Assembly (NCBI RefSeq): GCF_039541115.1
Contig: NZ_BAABFP010000002.1
Coordinates: 434,001 to 498,000 of the forward strand
Length of the DNA stretch: 64,000 nucleotides
Source: Angustibacter luteus
GTDB taxonomy: Bacteria; Actinomycetota; Actinomycetes; Actinomycetales; Angustibacteraceae
Direction: 5' to 3'
The notes beneath the pieces were generated by a model. It saw only the letters and a program-made list of their open reading frames with translations. It was not told the DNA's origin and ran no database searches. This document shows positions 50,312-58,567 of the stretch, piece by piece (positions within the stretch are counted from its first letter, which is position 1; every line of letters starts with the position of its first letter). Made by a program: the position numbers and the translations under genes.

Positions 50312-50707
50312 ATGAAGATCGGCGAGCTGGCCGCGCGCACTGACGTCGCGCCACGCCTCATCCGGTACTACGAGCAGCAGGGTCTGCTCACCGCGCGGCG
50401 CTCCGACAACGGGTACCGCAGCTACACCGAGGACGACCTGGAGCGGGTCTCGCGGGTGGCCGGCCTGGTGCAGGCCGGACTGCCGACCCGACTGGTGAAG
50501 GTGCTGCTGGACGCCGAGGACGCCGCCGCCCGCGACGAGGAGACCTGCCCTGCCGCCGTGGCCGAGCAGCTCGCCGAGGAGCTCCTGGGCCTCGAGTCGC
50601 GGATCGCCTGCCTGACCAAGAGCCGGGACATCATCCGGGACTATCTCGTGCGCACCCAGCACCAGGTGCTGCTCCGCGACTCCGATGGAGCGCCCGCCGC
50701 AGGCTGA
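50312..50707 (+). CDS. MerR family transcriptional regulator
   Basis: MKIGELAART..RLIRYYEQQGLL..NGYRSY. Confidence 0.93.
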   Translation: MKIGELAARTDVAPRLIRYYEQQGLLTARRSDNGYRSYTEDDLERVSRVAGLVQAGLPTRLVKVLLDAEDAAARDEETCPAAVAEQLAEELLGLESRIACLTKSRDIIRDYLVRTQHQVLLRDSDGAPAAG

Positions 50708-50827
50708 CCGGGCCGTGCCAGCGCAGCATCACGTGCGCTGGGGACGTGCCGCGGGCGTCGGCGATGCTGACAGATGCCACCCGGAGAGATCGCGACCTGG
50801 CACGATCGGTGCAGGGAAGGAGAGCCG

Positions 50828-51310
50828 ATGGCGCATGAATCGCTGACGCTGGCGTACGACGCCGTCGTGCTCCGGCTGCAGCAGCAGGATGCGAGCCTCG
50901 GCCGCCTGCGGGACCGCGCATCAGCGTTGCTCGTCCCGGCTGGGCTGGTTGCCAGCTTCCCCGTGGGCATCGGCCTCCTCGCGACGAAGCATTCCGACGG
51001 CCGCACCCTGCCGACGTTCATCAGCATCGCTCTGACCGTGCTCCTGATGCTGACGATCCTGACCGTGCTGCGGGTGAACTGGCGGGTCCGCGCGTGGGGC
51101 TACGGACCCAGCGCCGCAGTCATCCTGCAGCTGCACGACGAGGGCAAGGACCCCGACCAGGTCCTGCGCGAGATGGTGGACCGACTGCTCGTGGCTCGGG
51201 ACGGCAATGACGAGCGGCTGGTCGGACGGGCTCGCTGGTACCGCATCGGCGTCGCTCTGTTCGCGGCGGAGATGTTCACGGTGCTCCTCGGGGTACTACT
51301 GGCGAAATGA
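50828..51310 (+). CDS. Hypothetical membrane protein (3 hydrophobic segments)
   Basis: GAAGGAG RBS; RLQQQDASLGRLRDRA followed by TM helices. Confidence 0.65.
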   Translation: MAHESLTLAYDAVVLRLQQQDASLGRLRDRASALLVPAGLVASFPVGIGLLATKHSDGRTLPTFISIALTVLLMLTILTVLRVNWRVRAWGYGPSAAVILQLHDEGKDPDQVLREMVDRLLVARDGNDERLVGRARWYRIGVALFAAEMFTVLLGVLLAK

Positions 51311-51328
51311 GATCAGGAGGCAACAGTC

Positions 51329-51457
51329 ATGGCTGAGACCCACGACAACGAAGAGCAAGAGGGCGGCTACCTGTGGCGGATCTCCCGACGCGTCACGCGA
51401 CGGCGTCACGTACGCAAGGTGCGCCGGATGACGGGCGGGGAGCACCTGAGTCGCTGA
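51329..51457 (+). CDS. Possible 42-aa small protein
   Basis: AGGAGG RBS 8 nt before ATG; MAETHDNEEQEGGYLWRISRRVTRRRHVRKVRRMTGGEHLSR. Confidence 0.3.
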   Translation: MAETHDNEEQEGGYLWRISRRVTRRRHVRKVRRMTGGEHLSR

Positions 51458-51489
51458 GCCGGGCGGAGCGGGCTTGGCTACTGCCGTGG

Positions 51490-52173
51490 CTACCGCACCG
51501 AGGGCTGCCTGGCCGACACCTCGGCCAGCTCGGTCGCCGGACGCGATCCTGTCCACGAGGGGAACTGCGCGACCGCCTGCTCGAGCAGGGCGCAGAGCCG
51601 GGCATCCGGATCGGGGACGGCGGCCTTGGCGATGCCTCGCACCGCGTACCGGACCGTGTGCGGTGCCGCGTACCGGCGGAACACCCGTAGCGAGGGAACG
51701 CGGCTGCCGTCGGTGAACCGTCTCGCCCACTGCTCGGCCTGCGGTGCTCGCTCGAGAACCGCCTCGACGTAGGCGGCTCGCTGCTCACTTCCGTCCAGGT
51801 CCGCCAGGACCCGGCTGCAGGTCAGCACCGCGACCGCGAGGGCGCGTTGAGTCGGCTCGGCCGCGATCGGCAGCGCCGCGGCCGCGGCGAGGAGGGCCAC
51901 GTGGGCGTCCACGCGCGGGTCGTCGCTGGTCAGCCCGATCACCGCCGGCACCAACGGGACCAGGCGCTGCCGGGCGTCATCGCTGACGTGGTCGTTGACG
52001 CCCCGGGCCAGCTCGGCCAGCAGCGGGTGGGTACAGCGCGGCTGATCGCTCCACCGCTCACCTGCGAGGTAGGAAGCGAACTCCATGACGCACGCGCCCG
52101 TTCGCGGACTGCGGTGCTTGCCCGCCGACAGGGTCGGCATCAGCTCAGGTGTGCCTCGGTCGTTCTTCCACAC
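51490..52173 (-). CDS. Conserved actinobacterial hypothetical protein
   Basis: LSAGKHRSP..GACVMEFASYLAGERWSDQPRCTHP..ARGVND; GGAGG RBS. Confidence 0.75.
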   Translation of the reverse strand: MWKNDRGTPELMPTLSAGKHRSPRTGACVMEFASYLAGERWSDQPRCTHPLLAELARGVNDHVSDDARQRLVPLVPAVIGLTSDDPRVDAHVALLAAAAALPIAAEPTQRALAVAVLTCSRVLADLDGSEQRAAYVEAVLERAPQAEQWARRFTDGSRVPSLRVFRRYAAPHTVRYAVRGIAKAAVPDPDARLCALLEQAVAQFPSWTGSRPATELAEVSARQPSVR

Positions 52174-52236
52174 GGTGGACCTCCACCGGTTCGCTCGGCG
52201 CTGGTCCTGCCAGTCTGCGCCGCCTGAGGCCTGCTG

Positions 52237-52971
52237 TCACGCCGTCCACGCGCCTCGGTGTGCGGCCGCCTCACGACGTGGACGGCGAAGGCCGACCATG
52301 TAGGGCAGACCCGCGCCGGCGACGGACAGGGTCTTGCCGAGGCGTCCGAGCACGGAAGGCTTCGGGAGCGCCGGAAACGCGCCCGCCAGGTCAGCGACGT
52401 CCACGTAGTGCGCCACCACCGGGCCGATCCCCTCGAGGTCCTGGGAGACCTGGTGCGTGGGTCCGGGAAGTGCGGTGTCTCCGCTGCGGTAGAGCTCTTC
52501 TGAGACGAGCACGTACTCGGGGACGTCAACGGCGTTCTTCAGCAACCGGTGCACGAGGATGACGTCGATCCCGACGAGCTTGCGCCGTTGCCGGATCGTC
52601 TGGGTGGCGACCTCGCCGCTGTGCGCGACGAACTTCAGCTTGAGGTTGTTCGCCTCGGTGCAGCTCTTGCACGGGCACAGGTTCGTCGCGACGTACTGCC
52701 GCTCGCGGTGGAACGCTCGGTGCATCGACGTGGCGGCCTGAAGGGTCAGGGCGACCGTCGCCTCACGGTCCATGGCGTCGGCGTCGCGGGCGAGAAAGGC
52801 TGCGTCGCCTTCGATCTCGATCAGGTCGAAACCGGGCGCGGCGTCGATCACCTTCTCCAACAGCCTGGACGTGTTGACCTCCGCGTGCGCAAGGCTCATC
52901 CGATGGGATCGCATGTACTCGGTGTAGCCACCGATGTCAGCGATGAGCAGGAGCGAACGCCCGGACGTCAT
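52237..52971 (-). CDS. DUF2652 protein, class III nucleotide cyclase-like fold
   Basis: IADIGGYT, IEIEGDA, CPCKSC, LKFVAHSGE and KLVGIDVILVHRLLKN. Confidence 0.82.
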   Translation of the reverse strand: MTSGRSLLLIADIGGYTEYMRSHRMSLAHAEVNTSRLLEKVIDAAPGFDLIEIEGDAAFLARDADAMDREATVALTLQAATSMHRAFHRERQYVATNLCPCKSCTEANNLKLKFVAHSGEVATQTIRQRRKLVGIDVILVHRLLKNAVDVPEYVLVSEELYRSGDTALPGPTHQVSQDLEGIGPVVAHYVDVADLAGAFPALPKPSVLGRLGKTLSVAGAGLPYMVGLRRPRREAAAHRGAWTA

Positions 52972-53020
52972 GCGTGACCCTACCAATCGGCCGAACCCTC
53001 AGAAACGCCTGAAATGCCTG

Positions 53021-54706
53021 CTATTCCGCCGGTTCCCCGGGGTCCGCTTGCGGCGTGAACCGGTCGAGCATCGAGTCGACCACCGACCCCGCCTCACGCG
53101 CGCTCGGCGTGTAACCGAGCACGACGGAGAGGAAGTGGTCGGAGCCCAGCGCCTGCAGTCGAAGCTCGGTGCTGGCTCGGACCGTCGCCGTCCGTCGGGT
53201 ACGCCGCAGCAGCGCGATCTCGCCGAAGCCCTCCCCCGGGCCGAGCGTGGCGACGACGTGTCCGTCCCCGATGACCTCGGCCTCGCCTGACTCGATCACG
53301 AAGTACCGGTCGCCGATGTCGCCCTGTTCGAAGACGGCGCGCCCGACGGTCACCACCACCGGCTCCAGCCCGCGGGCGAGACGCTCGATCGCGGGCAGCG
53401 GCAGGGCGTTCAACATGGCCACGGACTGCAACGTGCCGATGTCCCGATCTCGGACGTCGATGGACCGGTCCATGCGGCGCAGGCGCGGCCACGACACCAA
53501 CGCGCAGAGCGGGCACAGCAGCCCGACGACCACCAGCGCCGGGCGGACGCCCGAGAGCCCGATCAGCAGCGACGTGACGATCGCCCCGACCCCGATGAAC
53601 AGCGCGACCAGGCTCTCCAGAACGCCGAACACCCGCGCCAGGACGTCGTCGCCGGCGAGCCGGGCCAGCAGCGTGAACCCGCCGAGGTCGATCAGGGAGT
53701 TGCCGACGCCGACGCACGCCAGGAGGGCGAGGGCCGCGGCCTGCTGCGGGAAGACGCCGATCAGCGTGACCGGGACGCCCCACAGGGCCACGCCGACGGC
53801 GAACCACGCACCGAGTCGGCGAGTGCTGACCAGCAAGGACGCCGCCAGCGAGCCGAGCACTGCACCGGCTCCGACAGCGGCGGTGAGGACGCCCACTCCT
53901 GGTTCGCCGGTCCCCAGCACGTCGATGGCCACCACGACGGTGAGGACGGTGAGCGCACCTCGGGTGAAGGCCTGCGCCGCCGCCAGGCCCATGATGAGGG
54001 CGATGTCGCGGTTCTGGCTGACGGCCCGAATCCCTTCTGCCGCAGCGCCGATGAGGTTGGTCTCCACCGGCGCGGGCGGGCGCGGCGGGGCGTCGTAGCG
54101 CAACCGCACCAGCAGCGCCGCGGCCCACAGCGAGGCGCCCGCTGCCACGGCGAAGACGACGGTCACGCCGGTGAGCTGGAGCAGCAGCGCGGCCAGCAGC
54201 GGACCGACCAGCGTCGCGGCGGAGTCCAGGAGCCCGCGGACGACGTTCGCACTGGCGAGCTCGTACCCGCTGTGGCACAACGATGGGAGCAGCGCCGAGT
54301 GCGCCGGACGGTACAGGGTGGCGGCGATGGTCGAGAGCACCGCCAGGGCGTAGACGACGGACGTCGGACCGCCGACGCCGACGACCACCGCGGCCGCACC
54401 GGTCGCGGCACCACGCAGCAAGGAGACCAGGATCAGCACGCGTTCCCGTCGTCCCCTGTCGGCCAACGGGGACAGGAGCGGAGCGAGGATCGCGGACGGC
54501 ACCATGCGCAGCAGTCCTACGAGCCCGACGGCCGTGGCGCCGCCGTCGCGGTAGGCCACGATCCCCAGGCCCACGGTGAAGGCCCACTCCGCCGTCCAGG
54601 CGCCGAGGAAGCTGAGCTGGGCGCGCCGCAGGTTGGGGTTGCGGGCGTTGCTGGCGAACGCGGCGGCAGCCAGGCGGAGCCTGCCCCGGACCCGCTCAGC
54701 CGCCAC
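53021..54706 (-). CDS. MFS transporter fused to a C-terminal cyclic-nucleotide-binding domain
   Basis: About 12 TM helices with LADRGRR and RPAHSALLP, then FEQGDIGDRYFVIESG..LGPGEGFGEIALL...RTATV. Confidence 0.9.
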   Translation of the reverse strand: MAAERVRGRLRLAAAAFASNARNPNLRRAQLSFLGAWTAEWAFTVGLGIVAYRDGGATAVGLVGLLRMVPSAILAPLLSPLADRGRRERVLILVSLLRGAATGAAAVVVGVGGPTSVVYALAVLSTIAATLYRPAHSALLPSLCHSGYELASANVVRGLLDSAATLVGPLLAALLLQLTGVTVVFAVAAGASLWAAALLVRLRYDAPPRPPAPVETNLIGAAAEGIRAVSQNRDIALIMGLAAAQAFTRGALTVLTVVVAIDVLGTGEPGVGVLTAAVGAGAVLGSLAASLLVSTRRLGAWFAVGVALWGVPVTLIGVFPQQAAALALLACVGVGNSLIDLGGFTLLARLAGDDVLARVFGVLESLVALFIGVGAIVTSLLIGLSGVRPALVVVGLLCPLCALVSWPRLRRMDRSIDVRDRDIGTLQSVAMLNALPLPAIERLARGLEPVVVTVGRAVFEQGDIGDRYFVIESGEAEVIGDGHVVATLGPGEGFGEIALLRRTRRTATVRASTELRLQALGSDHFLSVVLGYTPSAREAGSVVDSMLDRFTPQADPGEPAE

Positions 54707-54873
54707 CTGGCGACCGTACCGCTCCGCGGCCTTGCCTCCGCCGAGGCTGGGCTCTCCCGTCTGGTCGACGGCGCTGCTGACTCGTTACCGCACCGAGATC
54801 GCTCAGCGTCCGTACTCCCAGACGCCGTTGTTACGTTCGCGCCCGCAGCTGCCTGCTGCGGGACCCATCGGGA

Positions 54874-55443
54874 GTGAACGTGGCGGTTGCAGACCGGGAG
54901 CACTGGTGCTCCGAGTCGTTCATCGGAGCCGGTTGGCTTCGGCATCTGCCCGACCGTGCGCTGCTGGTCGTCAACGCACTGGTCGCGCGTGGACCCCTGC
55001 ACCTCGACGCGCTGGAGTCCGAGCTTCGTCGGGTCATCGGGCTTGAGCTGGGGTGGCAGTCCGCGGCATGGGAGCCGCCTCACCACTGGACCGACGCGGA
55101 GCTGGACCACCTGCGCCGAGAGGAGCCTGAGTTCACGGAGCGGGTCACCGCCGCCGAGGTGATCGCCCAGGAAGCCGCGGCGCGGGCCGTGCGGGTCACC
55201 GAGCTCGAGATGCACGCCACGCAGTTCGGCATCGCGACACCGACGACCCTGGGCAGCACCGTCGACTACCTCGTGGCCTGCGGTCTGCTCGAGTCGACGG
55301 TGGAGGTCCTCGACCTGGCCCCGGCCCCGCCGCTGCCCGCGCAGGTTCTGCACCTGGACGCCGAGGAGGCGGCCCTCGAGGAGCGGATGCGGTCGCGACG
55401 CGTCTGGCAACGCCGGGAACGGCAGCGCGTGGCTATCAGCTGA
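54874..55443 (+). CDS. Hypothetical protein (DUF6042-like)
   Basis: GWLRHLP..PTT....DYLVACGLL..PPLPAQVL.L..EE pattern; family call from memory only. Confidence 0.55.
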   Translation: MNVAVADREHWCSESFIGAGWLRHLPDRALLVVNALVARGPLHLDALESELRRVIGLELGWQSAAWEPPHHWTDAELDHLRREEPEFTERVTAAEVIAQEAAARAVRVTELEMHATQFGIATPTTLGSTVDYLVACGLLESTVEVLDLAPAPPLPAQVLHLDAEEAALEERMRSRRVWQRRERQRVAIS

Positions 55444-55468
55444 CGGCCCCGCACGCGACCGTCAGGGT

Positions 55469-55507
55469 CGCCGCAGGAGGCCATCGGTCGATGGGCCCCT
55501 TGCGGCG
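55469..55507. terminator. Imperfect hairpin after the 55443 stop
   Basis: CGCCGCAGG..CCATCG-gt-CGATGG..CCTTGCGGCG. Confidence 0.45.
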
Positions 55508-55684
55508 TTGCCTGAACCTCGTCACCATCACGCACGGTGAACCTGAGAGCCCAGCACGGGTGCATCCGGCGGAAGACCCGTCGGCCGGACTCCCTGGAAC
55601 CGCGCCTCGCTGGCACCTCCTCGACGCACTGACCGTCCCGGCCGGAAACGCCGGATCCGACGACCGGTCCTGCGGATGCAACTC

Positions 55685-56512
55685 TCAGCCAGCCGCTGCC
55701 CGCGGATGCTCACCGAGGTACCTACGAGCAGAGTCGAGTGTTCGAGCAGCATGCTCGGCTGCGCCCAGTTCCTCGAGTCTCGCCAGATTGGGCACCTCGA
55801 GCGAGTAGGTCATGGGCGGGGTCAGGGCCAGCAGCCCGGCAACGTCCAGGCCGCCCTCACCCAGGTAGAGCCGCTGCTCTCGGACCTCGACGCGCAGCCC
55901 CTCCTCGGACTGCGGCAGGGCCGCCGGCGCATCGCACAGCTGACACAAGTTGAACCAGTGTCGCGGCAGGGCGGCCAGATCCTCGACTCTCGTCCCTGCC
56001 CGGTCCACGTGGTAGGCGTCCAGGAGCAGTCCGGAGTTGGGTGCTCCGACCGCCTGAAGAACGTCCACGGCCTGCGTCAGCGTCCGGACTGCCGCAATGG
56101 CGACGAACTCGAGGTTGACGCGCAGGTGGTACCGGCCAGCGAGCTCGCACAGGGCGGCGAACTGGTCGACATAGAACCCGCGGTCCCTCGCCCAGATGCT
56201 GCACAGCACGTCTCGCGCCCCGAGCGATTGTGCGACCTCGAACGCAGCCTGATAGCCGCGGACGTCCACATCGTCGTGGATGCAGGCCAGTTCGATGTCG
56301 CTGACCGAGATGCCCGTCGCCGTCAAGGCGACCCGTGTCTTGCGAAGCAGCTCGCGGTTCGAGGCGAGCTCATACTCCGGCTCGCCGGGGACTCCCAGCG
56401 GAATCGTTCGAAGACTCACGGAGTCGTAGCCAACTCGGGCCGCAACGTAGACCAGCTCCGGCGGCGGACATTTCAGAGCCGTCAGATGGGCCAACGAGAA
56501 TCGTGCGGACAC
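55685..56512 (-). CDS. Sugar phosphate isomerase/epimerase (xylose-isomerase-like TIM barrel)
   Basis: SLAHLTAL, VNLEF, LLLDAYH, QLCDA, RLYLGEGGLD and SLEVP metal motifs; start uncertain. Confidence 0.85.
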   Translation of the reverse strand: MSARFSLAHLTALKCPPPELVYVAARVGYDSVSLRTIPLGVPGEPEYELASNRELLRKTRVALTATGISVSDIELACIHDDVDVRGYQAAFEVAQSLGARDVLCSIWARDRGFYVDQFAALCELAGRYHLRVNLEFVAIAAVRTLTQAVDVLQAVGAPNSGLLLDAYHVDRAGTRVEDLAALPRHWFNLCQLCDAPAALPQSEEGLRVEVREQRLYLGEGGLDVAGLLALTPPMTYSLEVPNLARLEELGAAEHAARTLDSARRYLGEHPRAAAG

Positions 56513-56767
56513 GGTGGCGGTTCTCAGCTCGGCATCAGCGGGGGCCGATTCGCCGAGCGGCTCGCTGAACCGCGGCACCTGGACCCGACACCGAAACGAC
56601 GCTGCTGCTCATCTGCGCCCGTCACCTCCGAGGTGGATATGCCTCTTGGATGCTGCGGCAACTCGTTGCAGTAGCGTGTCAGTGTGATCGTGCTCTGTCA
56701 ACAAGCTGCGCGCGTATCCCGCTGCAGCGCAGCACACAGGACGCCCCAGTCGGCCACGTGCTACCGT

Positions 56768-56781
56768 TGCAGACCGTTGCA
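56768..56781. promoter_or_regulatory. Candidate LacI-family operator
   Basis: Quasi-palindrome TGCAGACCGTTGCA; a related site GGCAACTCGTTGCA lies at 56657-56670. Confidence 0.45.
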
Positions 56782-56823
56782 GAGATGGACTGACGAAGCA
56801 TTGGGCGGAATTCTGAGGGTGAT

Positions 56824-57789
56824 ATGACCGAGGTCTCACTGACGGACGTGGCGAGGCTGGCAGAGGTGTCCAAGTCGACGGCCTCCCGCACGTTCACTCG
56901 TCCCGAACTCGTGACGAGACGGACCAGGCAGCGGGTACTGCGGGCGGCAGACGACCTGGGGTACCGCACCGCGACCGGATCAGAGCGCGTTGGAGCGGTC
57001 GGCCTCTTCGTGCCGGACATCGCCAACCCCTTCTTCGCGCCACTGATCAAGGCAGTTCACGCTGAAGCGAGTCGACACCAGCACGTGGTTGTCGTCGTCG
57101 AGAGCGACGAGCACACCAACGAGGAGAGCGAAGCCGTCAACAGCGTCATCGACACCGTCTCGGGCCTGATCCTGGCCTCGCCGCGGATGGATGACCAAGC
57201 GCTGCAGGATCTCGCCATGAGGTCAAGGATCGTGCTCTTGTTCCGCGAGTCCTCCGCCGTCAGCAATTGCATCGTGCCGGGGCTCGATGGATACACGCAG
57301 GCGATCGCGCACCTGCATACCCTTGGGCACCAACGGGTGGTGTACCTGGCCGGGCCTCACGACTCGTACTCGAACGAGGCGCGCAGGCAGACACTCAACG
57401 CCGCCGCTCTGAGCTTCGGGATCGACCTGGTCGAGCTCGGACCGTTCGAGCCTCGCTACGAGGCCGGGGCGCGCGCAGCGGACCTCGTTCTCTCACTGGG
57501 GGTGACCGCCGCCGTGGCGTACAACGACCTCATCGCCCTAGGGCTCTTGTCGAGCCTGCAATCCCGTGGCGTTCGCATCGGGCAGGATATCAGCGTCGTC
57601 GGTATCGACAACTCCTGGCTCGGTGAGATATCCAACCCCCCTTTGACATCTGTCCACGTGCCGGGCCCGGAGGCGGCCACCATGGCGGTGCGCATCCTCC
57701 TGGCGTCGCCAGAGACGCCTCCGGGTCAGCGATCGATACCCCCGACACGGCTAGTCGTCCGGAGCAGTACCGGCCCTGCTAAGGCTTAG
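56824..57789 (+). CDS. LacI family transcriptional regulator
   Basis: LTDVARLAEVSKSTASR HTH, VPDIANPFF, YNDLIALG and DISVVGID..PPLTSV. Confidence 0.93.
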   Translation: MTEVSLTDVARLAEVSKSTASRTFTRPELVTRRTRQRVLRAADDLGYRTATGSERVGAVGLFVPDIANPFFAPLIKAVHAEASRHQHVVVVVESDEHTNEESEAVNSVIDTVSGLILASPRMDDQALQDLAMRSRIVLLFRESSAVSNCIVPGLDGYTQAIAHLHTLGHQRVVYLAGPHDSYSNEARRQTLNAAALSFGIDLVELGPFEPRYEAGARAADLVLSLGVTAAVAYNDLIALGLLSSLQSRGVRIGQDISVVGIDNSWLGEISNPPLTSVHVPGPEAATMAVRILLASPETPPGQRSIPPTRLVVRSSTGPAKA

Positions 57790-57808
57790 CACCCGCGCTA
57801 CGGCGATG

Positions 57809-58567
57809 TCACAGGCCGAGGTAGAGCTGGCGGACGCCGGCATCGTGTCGGAGGTCGGCCGAGGGCCCCTCCAGCGCGACCGATCCGTTCTCCAAGACCA
57901 GGCATCGCTCGGTCGCCTCGAAGGTGAGCCAGGCGTTCTGCTCCACGAGCAGCAGGCTGAGGCCGCGCTCGCGCAGTCGGTTCAATGACGCCAGCACCTC
58001 GCCGACGAGCTTCGGCGAGAGTCCCATGGACGGCTCGTCGAGTACCAGGATGCTGGGTTCGGACATCATGGCGCGACCGATCGCCAGCATCTGCTGCTGC
58101 CCACCGGACAGGGTTCCGGCCAGCCGGTTGCTCATGTCCGACAGCACCGGGAACAGCTCGTAGACCTCGTCGAACGTCGCCTTTCTGCGGGCGTTTCGCT
58201 TTCGTGAGTACGCGCCCAGGTCCAGGTTGTCCCGGACGGTCAAGCCGCCGAACACATGACGGCCCTCCGGCACGTATCCGATTCCGTGGCGGACGACGTC
58301 CCGGGCGTTGACCTGCATCAGGTCGACCTCGCCCAGCTTCATGGACGCGCATGCACGGGGCGCGAGGCCCATCAGAGCCCGGAGAGTCGAGGTCTTGCCG
58401 GCTCCGTTGGCGCCGATGATTCCGAGGCACTGCCCCGGCTCCAGGATGAAGCTGACGCCGTCCACGGCGACCACGCCGCCGTACCGGACAGTGAGCCCCT
58501 CGACCTGCAGCCGCTCCGGGGCGACGTCTGAGGATGCCGCTTTCGCGACCGCGGCGTTGTCGGTCAT
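57809..58567 (-). CDS. Branched-chain amino acid-type ABC ATP-binding protein (LivF-like)
   Basis: GANGAGKTS, VPEGRHVF, LSGGQQQMLAIGRA and LDEPSMGLSP. Confidence 0.92.
   Translation of the reverse strand: MTDNAAVAKAASSDVAPERLQVEGLTVRYGGVVAVDGVSFILEPGQCLGIIGANGAGKTSTLRALMGLAPRACASMKLGEVDLMQVNARDVVRHGIGYVPEGRHVFGGLTVRDNLDLGAYSRKRNARRKATFDEVYELFPVLSDMSNRLAGTLSGGQQQMLAIGRAMMSEPSILVLDEPSMGLSPKLVGEVLASLNRLRERGLSLLLVEQNAWLTFEATERCLVLENGSVALEGPSADLRHDAGVRQLYLGL

Noticed and set aside
56763..56782. Tandem ACCGTTGCAG repeat as a CRISPR or att site
   Set aside because: Only two adjacent 10-bp copies with no spacers and no cas or integrase genes; better explained as an operator.
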